A stretch of 63,072 bases of DNA, counting the filler, from Octopus bimaculoides (Eukaryota), in NCBI RefSeq assembly GCF_001194135.2. It is 6 parts of 5 records of this genome, joined end to end, with 100 filler letters (N's around TTAATTAATTAA, not from the genome) between each part and the next. Parts side by side here need not be neighbours in the genome. Positions count along the whole stretch, not along the records: positions 1 to 14,871 come from NC_068989.1; positions 14,972 to 26,628 come from NC_068990.1; 4 more parts are not named here. One strand, given 5' to 3'. This document shows positions 11,955 to 23,800 of the stretch, in pieces; the first letter of the stretch is position 1; each line of letters opens with the position of its first letter. The notes below the pieces were generated by a model. It was not told where the DNA came from and did not search any database. It worked only from the letters and a program-made list of their open reading frames with translations. A program made the translations under genes and the position numbers.

Positions 11955-12042
11955 GTCTGGATGTGTGGAGGTAGTCTTGAATTTATTCCATGTTCCAGGG
12001 TTGGTCACATATTCAGAGCAGCACATCCATATGGATTTCCAA
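11955..12042 (+). CDS. GALNT: Next coding exon of the same GalNAc-T gene
   Basis: TTTTTTAG acceptor at 11953-11954, GTAAGT donor at 12043. Reads [29 protein letters not shown], the direct in-frame continuation of ...LELSFR across a phase-0 intron (3810-11954), including the metal-binding His of GHIFR. Confidence 0.97.
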
Positions 12043-12632
12043 GTAAGTAGCCATATACATCTACCCACAAAACTATTTCCTTTCATTATAGTTTGTTTTA
12101 TATCAATTTTTAAATGTCTGTTCTTTCATTTTCTGGGTTAAGAATATCATTGAGTTTGGCAGAAACTTATTTTCATCTAGTTTTACTTTTGAACCACATG
12201 TGATATGGATACTAGTCATATGCGAGTATCAATTTAAATTAATAGATCCCTATTTTTTATGATTGCATTAGTCTTATAGCAACCTAAGATCAATACTGCA
12301 TTAGCTACATATATATATATATATATATATATGTTTGTATATATTTGTAATTATAAGATTCAAGGATCTAAGTGTAGGAAGTTTGTAAGCTTTGAGCAGT
12401 CCATGGTAGGTATAAAGATCAATGTTCATCTGCAGCGAGTTAACTTGGGGTCCCTTGATGACAACATAACCTTCATATAATTAATGTATCTTTGACCTGA
12501 TGAGCAGCTAGTTAAGTACCCTTTTTTGAATAATTATTACTTCAGAGGATCTGCTTGTTAGAAAACATATGTAGCCTGGATTTTACCTCCTCTACTCCCC
12601 CAATTTTGATGTTTGTATATATATATATATAG

Positions 12633-13845
12633 TCATCGTCGTCGTTGTCATCATCATTTTACATCCGCTTTCCAAGCTGGCATGGGTTAGACAATTTGAT
12701 TAAGGCCTGGCAAGCTGGGAGGCTGCATCAGGCTCCAATCTGCTCTAGCAAGGTTTCTACAACTGGATGCCATTCCAAACACCAACCACTCCAAGAGTGT
12801 AGTGGGTGCTTTTTACATGCCACTGGCATGTGAGCCAGTCAGGTGGCACTGGCATCAACCACGCTCAAATGGTGCTTTTTATATGCCAATTGCACGGGTG
12901 CCAGTCAAGTGGTATTGGCATTGACTATGCTCAAATGGTGCTTTTTATATGCCACCAGCACAGGACCCAGTCAGACAGCACTGGCATCGCCCATGCTCGA
13001 ATGGTGCAATTTTACATGCCAGTCAGGTGGTACTGGCATTGACCACACTTGAATGATGCTTTTTACGTGCCACCAGCATGGGTCCCAGTCAGGTGGCATT
13101 GGCATCAGCCATGACTACGATTTCACTTGGTTCAAGCACAACAATTGAAGGGTACTTTTAAACAGTCCAGTTATGCAACACTGGCATCAGCCACAACTAC
13201 AATCTCACTTGGCTTGCTGGGTCTTCTCTTGCACAGCATATCTCCAAAGGTCCCAGTCACTTGTCATTGCCTCTGTGAAGACCAACGTTTGAAAGTTGTG
13301 CTTCACCACCTAATCCCATGTCTTCCTAGGTCTACCTCTTCTGCAGGTTCCCTCCACTGTTAGGGTGTGATACTTCACACAGCTGTCCTCATCCATACGC
13401 AACACATGACCATACCAGTACACTCATCTCTCTTGCACACCACAACTTATGTCCAACATTTCTCTCGTGGTGTACGCACACTGACATTACACATCCATCG
13501 GAGCATACTAGCTTCATTTCTTTGAAGCCTACGCATGTCCTCAGTAGTCACAGCTCATGTTTCACTGCCATATAGCATGGCTGTTCACACACAGGCATCA
13601 TACAGTCTACCTTTCACTCTGAGTGAGAGGCCCTTTGTTACCAGAAGAAGTAGGAGCCCTCTGAACTTTGCCCGGGTTATTGTTATTCTAGCAGCTATAC
13701 TCTCAGAGCATCTACCCCCACTACTGATTTTGTCACCTAAGTAATGGAAGCTATCAAAAGCCCCCTCATAAACATAAGGACACATGAAATGTGTCAAGGC
13801 CGACAGGAAGCGGTGCAGCTTCTTAGGGCTAAATAGCACTAGTAT
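12633..13845 (-). mobile_element. RTE-clade LINE 3-prime portion, inverted relative to the 2655-3405 copy
   Basis: ORF 13585-13839 YLGDKISSGGRCSESIAARI...LSLRVKGRLYDACV followed by MLYGSETW (RTE RT C-terminus). Same 65-bp UTR units and (CAT)n tail on the + strand. Confidence 0.9.
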
Positions 13846-13991
13846 GATTCCCTTATTGGGACTGTCACTTTAAGTTGACAGCATACAACTACTTTATATA
13901 TATATATATATATTTATGTGGAGAATGGAGCAACAAATACAAGAAGAAGCTTCAGACTACCCCTGAAGGATTGAGGCAACCCTATCATTTA

Positions 13992-14038
<47 letters not shown>

Positions 14039-14258
14039 NNNNNNNNNNNNNNNNNNNNNNNNNNNNNNNNNNNNNNNNNNNNNNNNNNNNNNNNNNNNNN
14101 NNNNNNNNNNNNNNNNNNNNNNNNNNNNNNNNNNNNNNNNNNNNNNNNNNNNNNNNNNNNNNNNNNNNNNNNNNNNNNNNNNNNNNNNNNNNNNNNNNNN
14201 NNNNNNNNNNNNNNNNNNNNNNNNNNNNNNNNNNNNNNNNNNNNNNNNNNNNNNNNNN

Positions 14259-14296
<38 letters not shown>

Positions 14297-14871
14297 CAAA
14301 CATATATATATATATATATATCTGTCTAGACATATGTAAACATGCATACATACAATACACGCATACATGCACATACACACATATATATACCCACACATGC
14401 ATTATTATGTTCATATACACATACATATGCGGACAGATGTATATACAAATAAAAACACATGCAAAAACATAAACAGTAAAACATTCATATTCGCTGCAAA
14501 ACTTGAATATACATATGAGTTATATATATATGTACTAGCAGAGGCACCCAGCGTTGCTTGGGAATGAAATTGTTGCTTATATACTTGAAGAAAAAAAGGC
14601 AAAATATTCTGTATAGAAATTTGAGGACATTCTGTAGATGGACTCTCAGATGAATGATGGCGGGGTGCCTCTCATGAATGGGGAAAATTGAAGATGTGCC
14701 AAAAAGCCTCATTAGTACTTGGAAACTTTTACAAAAATTAAAATGGGGATTAAATGAAAGAAATGATTTACGTGAATTTCCTCACAAGAGTAATTGAAAT
14801 AAATGGCGATTGTGGAACCCCCCACGCACGCACGCACGCACGCGCGCGTGCATACACACGTGTGTCTTTGT

Positions 14872-14971
14872 NNNNNNNNNNNNNNNNNNNNNNNNNNNNN
14901 NNNNNNNNNNNNNNNTTAATTAATTAANNNNNNNNNNNNNNNNNNNNNNNNNNNNNNNNNNNNNNNNNNNN
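14872..14971. other. Artificial scaffold-join linker; identical linkers at 26629-26728, 45201-45300, 58797-58896, 60568-60667
   Basis: Exactly 44 N + TTAATTAATTAA + 44 N (100 bp) five times; the 12-mer places stop codons in all six frames. Confidence 0.97.
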
Positions 14972-15659
14972 TTCAAATCCTGCCGAGTTTACTTTGATTT
15001 CATCTTTTCAAGTTCAATATAAATATCAGTTGAGCATTGTGTTCGATGTAATTGATATACCGCTCTCCCAGAAGTTGTTGGCTTTGTGTTAACATCTTAA
15101 AAAAGCGAACTGTGTTCAAATCCCGCTGTACCCGACTTTGCCGGTCATCCACGTGGTGTCGATAATAGAAGCTTCTCGTTGAACACAGATAATGATGTAA
15201 TCGATTATATCCCTCCCCTAAATTGCCGGCTCTCAGAAAATTTGAAATTAATGCTACACAATTGTACTTTTATGAGCCTTTTTTTTCTGTATTGTTTACA
15301 CTAATGATTAATGAACATATCCATCTAGTGGAGATATTTATGTGAAGGCACATGGGCCAGAGCGTCGGGCTCATAATCATGAGCTAGTGAGTTCGATTTT
15401 CCAACCGGGTTGTGTGTTGTGGTCTTGAGCACGTCGTGTAGAAATAAGTTGCAACGTCACTGATACCAAGCAATATCGGCCTTTGCTTTCCGTTGGCTAA
15501 CATCGATGGGGTGGTGACTGGAGGTTGGTACGCATGGGAGTCTGCTGGTCTTCTATAAACAACCTTGACTGAACTTCTGTGCCTCGGAGTGGAACTTTCT
15601 TGGTGCAATCCAATGGCCATTCATGACGGAGAACGTCTTTACCCATTATATATAGTTGA

Positions 15660-15830
15660 AATTTACAGAAAAACAAAAGACGAAGACAGGTGTCTAAACA
15701 ACAAACTGGTGTATTAGTAAGGCCACGGGAAGGTGAGAAAGTCTTTATGTTTCGAGCCTTACACTCTTCAACAGAAAGGTACACCAGGAAATAAACATAG
15801 AGTGAATACAAAAAAATTAGGAGCTAGCGG
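15660..15830 (-). repeat. Dispersed repeat with hammerhead-like fold (second copy at 48465-48630)
   Basis: The minus strand at 15743-15778 reads CUUU-CUGUUGA-A-GAGU(GUAAG)GCUC-GAAACAUA-AAG; flanks align with 48465-48630. Confidence 0.6.
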
Positions 15831-16167
15831 TCAATCATACATACATGCTTACATAATGCATATATATATATATATACATGCATCATACATACATAGATAC
15901 ATGCATACATACATGCATACATACGTATAGACATACACACAAATTGACATTTAGCTAGATGCTGTGGATATTTAGATATTACCGAGTTAGATAATCCGTG
16001 AATCTAATCACCTTTGCTAATATTGACTTCTGCAGAATCAGTTAGCTTATAGATATTCATGGGAACCCCCTGTGGATAAGAGTATGTGCTTCGTATTTCA
16101 GCTGCTTAACGTTAAGTAAAAGATAGGCTTTATTTTTATTTAGACAGAAAGGATTAGCGCTTATGTA

Positions 16168-16201
<34 letters not shown>

Positions 16202-17556
16202 CACACATACACACACTACGTATAAATGTAAGTATATATGTGCGTATATGTTTGTAAATATATACATATATATATGAATATTATATATATATATATATAT
16301 ATATTTATTTATTAATTTTTATTTATTTATATATATATATACGCTATGTATAAATGTAAGTATATATATGTATGTATGTATGTATATAAATGTATCTGTT
16401 TATGTATGTATGTATTTATATATATATCTGCTCTCACACGTAGACATGCATACAAACATAACACATCGATACTCAAAAATGCATGCATACCCACATATAT
16501 AGGTACATACATGCATACATCCATACATTGAGATACACACACACACACATCTATGCGTGTATGTTTGCGTGTGTGTATGTATAAATATATGTGTATGCAT
16601 GTGTGTGTACATGTTTGTGTGTGTCTGAGTGTGAGAACCTGTCGGGAAAAGAGAAAAAATGTTAAGCGATCCAGAGAGACACGGAAAGAGTGGTAAGTGG
16701 AATGGAGTTACAGAAAGAGAAAGCTTCAGAAATATGTCTTTTCTTCGTATAATTTCTGTTCCATTGTCTTTCCGTTAGTGTCTTAACAGGTATTGATATT
16801 TGAAGCTGAAAGCAGAAGAGAAGAAATAAAAAGAATGCATTTATTTGTAAAATTGACATGACTGAGTAAGGATTTTCTAAAACGCTACAGGATCAAAGAA
16901 AAACGTTTATATTCTATATTTCCTTATATTTCTCTACGTTCTTAGTTATAATCCGACCGATATCTTCTTTGCCTTTGATTCATCGCCATTCGATAAAATA
17001 GTGACAAGTCATGTAATGTGAGGATTCAAACGGTTTATAAACATTTGCTATAAATTTTAGATCTTGCGACAATATATGGAAATTACAAATTGGATACTGC
17101 ACGTGCTATAACTATATAGCGCTTTAACGTTAATGATTGATATCAAATATGTTATGGAAAGCAACGTTTATAAGATTGAAACAACAATAGGAATTAAGCT
17201 ACCGAATGGCCAACAAGTTTTTCGATCCAGTGTATGCATTTCCCATGGCCTGGTATTTCTAACTGAAGAAGGTGAACGTTCCGTTTCTGCTAATAGTGTT
17301 GTTTTGGTCTCATCGTAAATCAGAATCTTTTCCTGCATGGTGCATAACAACAAGGTAGATGTAAAATCGATACGCCTTTAAAATAGCGTGAATATTAAGC
17401 ATGAATATTACAATCGTATAGTAAAGACATGACTGTGTGTCTGATAGTTACTTGCGTATCTCTTGAACACTAGATGTCGGGAGGCGTACATGTAATGTAA
17501 TTTACATATACATATGTGTTTATACGTGTTTGTGCGTACGCACTACGTACGCACTA

Positions 17557-17635
<79 letters not shown>

Positions 17636-17639
<4 letters not shown>

Positions 17640-18577
17640 TATTTTCCTGGCGAATAGAACACAACATGTTGTGGTCGATAGAGTCCACTCAAGCCCAGTG
17701 AAAGTCACTAGAAGTGTCCTTCAGGGGACTGTCTTGGACCCTCCCCTCTTTATAATCTATATAAACGACCTTTCCAGCAAAGTGAAAATATTTGCTGATG
17801 CAACTAAACGAGGGAAAATTTGAGCCGATGCAATTTGGAAGAAAGATTATGCTAACAGCCATACTCTCTTCCTTCAGGTGGAATCGCTCACAGCATATGA
17901 GAGACCCAGGAATAGCAGTTGATAATAATCTCAGTTGGATTGCCCACATCAACAATAATGTCGATATTGCTCGTAGGATGAGCGCCTGGATCTTAAGAAC
18001 CTTCCGGTCCAGAGAATAAGGTGTTATCATTCCATTTTTCTCCTCCTTTGTACGGCCATACCTCGAATACTGCTGCCCTCTGTGGTCTCCCCATACAAAA
18101 CAAAACGTCTCGAAAATTGAATCACCCCAGAGGGCATTGACTAAACGAATTAAGGTCATGAGTGATCTCGATTACTGGGACCGCCTTAAAGCATTGAGAC
18201 TCTACTCTCTCCAGCGCCAACGTGAGCGGTTCATCATATGCCCGATGTGGAGTTTATACCGCCACCATTGCCCAAATGACTTGAACATTAGCTTCAAGAT
18301 TCATCCAAGGTTGAGACCACAAGCCATACGTCCTCTACCCAATTCATGGTCACAACATAATGGTACACTGCGACACAATTTGTTTTCCTCATCAGGTCCT
18401 GCCCTAGTTAACATTTTCCCGAAACTGATCAAAGAGGAAAAGGATCCCTTCACCTTTAAACGGAGTCTGGACAAATTTCTTCAAGGAATACCAGATAAGC
18501 CACCTATAACTGGCTACAATCCACTCAACAAGACCTCCCTGCTTGAATGGAACATGATATCACAAAGCTTGACTTAA
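17636..18577 (+). mobile_element. CR1/L2-group LINE reverse-transcriptase 3-prime fragment, frameshifted
   Basis: SVLQGTVLDPPLFIIYINDL..KIFADATK, DNNLSWIAHIN, VRPYLEYCCPLWSPH, YWDRLKALRLYSLQR (ORFs 17530, 17792 and 18137). Confidence 0.9.
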
Positions 18578-18654
18578 AAAGGATTTAGATAATCCTATCA
18601 CGTAGTGCTATTAAGTTAGACATAGCCTGGACCAATCTTTGGTTNNNNNNNNNN

Positions 18655-18688
<34 letters not shown>

Positions 18689-18863
18689 CATGTACATATA
18701 CATATACACATACATACATACATACATACATACATATTTACATATATAAGTCCTAATCCTTTCTGTGTAAATAAAGCCTAATTTTACTTAAAGTTAAGCA
18801 GTTGAAATACGAAGCACGTACATATATATGTATATGTACATATATATATATATATGTGTGTGT

Positions 18864-18912
<49 letters not shown>

Positions 18913-18982
18913 TGTGTGTGTGTATGTAAATATGTCATTGAGCTGGCAAGACCATTACTGTGCCGGATAATATATATTCACA

Positions 18983-19027
<45 letters not shown>

Positions 19028-19274
19028 TGTTGAAAACGTTTCTCGGCAGTAAGTATTTTATTGCAAAATAAATATTCATATGATGGTATAAGATTACAAA
19101 AGAATATATTAAACTTTACATGACTTTAAAAAACTTTATAAGAGGAGTTGAAAGTGTCGTCCTTCATTTTCAATACATGAGTTGTCCCTTCTACACGTTT
19201 TGAAATACATCTTAGAGAAAAGAATTTACTGCAGAGAGACTTTTCGAACACCCTATATACATATATATATACAT

Positions 19275-19331
<57 letters not shown>

Positions 19332-19897
19332 GCCTGAATTTAGTAGTAATTATTGAGCGTAGCGTATAAGTAAACACAATTAGATCTCATAATGCAAGGA
19401 ATCAGTTGCATAAACAAAGTACCTGCACTTCTAGAGATCTACGTTGCGTGGAAACCATTGTAGTGATCAAAAAATAAATGTCCAACCGTAAACCTTCTTG
19501 TTGACTCCAAATATTTTCTATTATATATTCACGCATGACAGATACCCCAACGCAAAACCTGGATATGAGTATAAAAGCACTGGCGGATAGCATAGAGTAA
19601 ATGTGAAGGTGGACGAGCTTTATACTGTACTCGACTACGTTCTTAACAGAACATGACATAAGTATATGTATATATATATGAAACTCTTCGAAACGCTTAG
19701 TTCAGTATGGTGGCAGCTGATGTAGGAAATGTTCTCTATGTGGCCTGTGTGTTTTCGGTGCTCCTTTTATGTTCTGTTTTTCAATTTGTCCACCTTCTTT
19801 TGTGGCGTCCTGTACCCAGATATGCATCTATATATATATGTACATGTAGGTATGTACATACATGTACGTATATATGTCTATACTCACATCTTATTTG

Positions 19898-19953
<56 letters not shown>

Positions 19954-20766
19954 GTATGCAAGTATATATAAACATACATTCATGCACATACATACACACA
20001 CACACATATGATTAGATACTTATATTTCGGCCGCTTTAGTTTGTCTACCACTTTAGTGTAAAGTATCTCACCACGTATGTATATTCATGTCTATGCATTT
20101 TCCTCAGTAGTATCCACCGGGGTGGGTCTGGCGTAAACTCACATAAACGAAAATCGCAATAGAGCAAAGGACATCATTTTCTGAGATATTCTATCCCCTA
20201 ATCTCCCAGTTAACGCTATTCGGCACACAAATATTTTATATTTTAACAGCTTTTCAAATTTAACTTCTCAAATTGCATATCGAACCGTAATATTTTCTGT
20301 TTTTCTGGGCGAGCTATAAATAAGTTAGCATCATAAAGCAAATCAATTTGGAATCAATACCATATCGAACTCTCTCCCTCCCTCTCTCTCTCTTTCACTC
20401 TCCATCCACCAACTATATCTATATATAAATATATGAGTGTGTGCGCGCATATGTTGATAGTAGCGCCTTCTCCTAAAGCAGATTCACTCAACTGAATTTT
20501 CTAACCGATTGAATGAAAGGCCTTTATTATGATCTGTTTAATATTACTAGCGTTAAGGACAGTGATCAAAGAATAAAATAGAACAACCCTTAAAGTGATG
20601 AAAAAAGAAAACAGTTTCGATTCAAAGTGGAATCATTCATTCCGATGCACATGTATTCAACATATGAATACGAGACACTTACATATCAAATCTTTCCATT
20701 TATATCTCCTTCCCCCCTATTCATTCTCCTTTTCGATATACATACACACATACATACATACATATA

Positions 20767-20817
<51 letters not shown>

Positions 20818-20832
20818 ATATATGTGCATATG

Positions 20833-20894
<62 letters not shown>

Positions 20895-23800
20895 TGTGTG
20901 TGTGTGTGTGTGTATACTGATGCACGCACATATATATATATCTACATGTGTAAACATGTGTGCATGTGTGTATATATATATTGTAACCAATATTTGTTTT
21001 CTCTGTTTCCCATTAAGACTAGAGTCTTATATCAAATCCCACTCCCTTATAACTATCTTTCTATTGTAACTAACTAGTTGTATGATCTTCATTCCTATCC
21101 CTCTGTTGTATCTTTGGCAAAGTCGAACGCTATCTTTTGTGAAGCTTTACCCATCCTTGTTTTGAAGTTTCTCTTTTCCATTTTCCTTTGAATGTGCTTC
21201 GGGCTACGCAAATCATTGTTAAGATTAAGGTTGATTTCCTAACTTCGGACATAGTAGTGTGATGGTTGATGATACAAGCCTCATCTAGTCAGCCGAGCAA
21301 CTGTTTAATGCGCGTGTACTTAACAATCAGTCTCTATAGGAGAATCGATTCGTGTTTTATAGACTAAACTCGTGTCTGTATCGAATTCTGGAAAATGTGG
21401 CACTGTGAATCATGTCCATGGCAATTCTTTCTTAGTTCTTTTGATTGTTTATATGTTTGGGCTTTCAAAATATTTTACGAATATCAAAATTTAATCTCTC
21501 ACAAATTTAAAATTGTATTTTAGATTTAAATTAAAATTCATGGGAAGATAACCCTTTTAAATGAAAATTAACGATTTCTCGTTTAAGACGAAACGAAGTG
21601 ATTCACTGTTATATTACTGGTACTTACTGTGGTGACCAACAAACGTGGGGGCTTGATCTCATCGATGTTATCTTAACCCTTCATCCTTTCAGCTTTCGAT
21701 AAAATGAAATACAGATCAGTAGTGAGGTCGATTTTTCTGTCTTATAACACATTCTATATCTGAGTGGCAATATTATATAAGATTGAGTCGAAGTAGTTTG
21801 GATCTGGTTGAAGCCACACGTCATATGATATGACAAGGTGGAATTCATTTTCAACGATATGTCATTTCTCTTTATATATCCTTTGCAACAGCTTATTAAA
21901 AGAAGGACAGCAGACATGACACTTTGCACGCCCTCCGAGAATGGTCGGTGGAAGAGAGACGGAGAGTGAGGGAGAGAGAGAGAGAGAGAGAGAGGAGAAG
22001 AGGGAGGGAGGGGAAAGAGTTTTATGACCGGCGTCAAAGTCTCATACTCGCAGGAGATTTCATTCTGTTATGTGTATACTCCTGAGTCAAGTGGTTCTGT
22101 TAAACCGGGCAAATAACTAAGTCTTCTACACGGAGAGCCGAATAGTTTTCTGACGAATTACCACCGTTTCTATCCATTAGTTTTTACTCACTCACTCACA
22201 ATGCTTTGTCAATCGAAACGTCGATTATCTAAAGTGGGACTCAATAAGAAACATTGTATTTGCGAATTCAAAATACACTGAGCAATTTGCTCGCGAAGCG
22301 AATTTCTTAAACATTAGTTGCACAACCACCCATAATAATCTCTACAATGTAACGTGATTAAAGTAGGCGTTATCTATCATATAACGTCATAGTATGATTT
22401 CTCTGACATAACGTTCTGTGAATGTAAAAAGAAAGTTGACATTAAGCTGGACGTAAATGCTGCTATCTAGAATTGCATCTATATTCATATCTTACTGACC
22501 TATTGGTCTCAGTGGTAATACTGTAAATGACAACTCTAATTAATTGCATTTTGATGTATTTATCAGAATGGATATCCAAGTTTAATTATCATATTTAAAT
22601 TTAGATTGGAAGTATTCGCTATTATATTAAGAAATATTCTGTTTTTCTTGCTAGAAACTATATTTTCTCGTTTAGAGTATCTTATCTAACTCAAAAGCCT
22701 TCATAGTAGTATTTTCTTATAAGCCACGGTATTGGATTGACACTTCCTCAGATTCTTATTACTGTCGTTCACATACCAATAAGGCATGCCGGAAAATCTA
22801 ATGGGCATAAGTATTTCGCCCATGATGTCATGTCTTCTTTTTTAGTTAGTTTAATTAAGATTACATTCTACAATATACCCTTCCCTTGGTTGTTTGTTCT
22901 AGACGCTCGAGTGACTTTGGAGAGTTTTTCTCGTGTCTTCGATGATGCTCCATTAGAGTACTGTGAGTACGCTAAACACATCTTCGTGAAGTTGTTTACT
23001 AAGGTTAGCTTGTTAAGTTTTAATATCAGCAATGTATGTCCAGAGGAGACTCGTGCGTGAATATTTACGCTCAAATCTTATCTCTGGGAGCAGTTACGGT
23101 TCTTGGAATATCAACGATGATATGAACAGTAGTATTTTTCATGCACTTTCTCAGTTTAGTGCCCATAACACTTTGCATGTACCCCGTCCCCGAGATAGCT
23201 GTGAAGTTAGAAAATATCATCAAACCGAATAGTTGACCTGCATGCATTCCACCGAAAAAAATTTCTACAAAAAATATCTAAGAATTAGCAGGTCACCACC
23301 TAATTAGGCCAGGCTAAGATTTGAACTCCAAATCGCAATAAAACGAGCAAATACTGCAATGCAGCCCATCTGAGACAACAACTATTCTGCCTGTCTGCAG
23401 ATCCATGCTATTATGTGATGTACCAACGTCAGGTGGGGAGCTGGCAGAATAGTTAAGACATGGGCCAAAATGCTTACTGACATTACTTACGGATTTACGT
23501 TCTAAGTTCAAATGCTGCCGAATTCAACTTTGACTTTCATATTTTCAGGGTTAATAAAATAAGAAGCAGTCGAACAATCATCTTTGCTTCCTCCACTAAA
23601 ATTGCTGCCTTGCGCCACAATTTGAAACCATAATGTAAGGATCTGGCAGAAACGCTAGCGCGTCAGACAAAATGCTAAGCACCAATTCTTCTGGTTCTTT
23701 ACGATTTGGACCCCAAATCAGTCGAGTTAGACATTGTCTTAGATCCTTTCAGAGACCATAAGCTAAGTACCAGTTGAGCACTAATTTCCACACCCATCCC

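Noticed and set aside
14916-14927. TTAATTAATTAA as a biological repeated motif (homeobox or PacI site)
   Set aside because: Always centred in exactly 44+44 N; it is an assembly linker.
20600-20650. Minus-strand GATTC/GAATC hairpin followed by GAAAC
   Set aside because: The upstream segment is not recognisable as CUGANGA; too weak to call.
21867-22010. Minus-strand TATATAAAG next to a GA-rich tract as a core promoter
   Set aside because: TATA-like words are ubiquitous in this AT-rich DNA and no downstream exon was identified.
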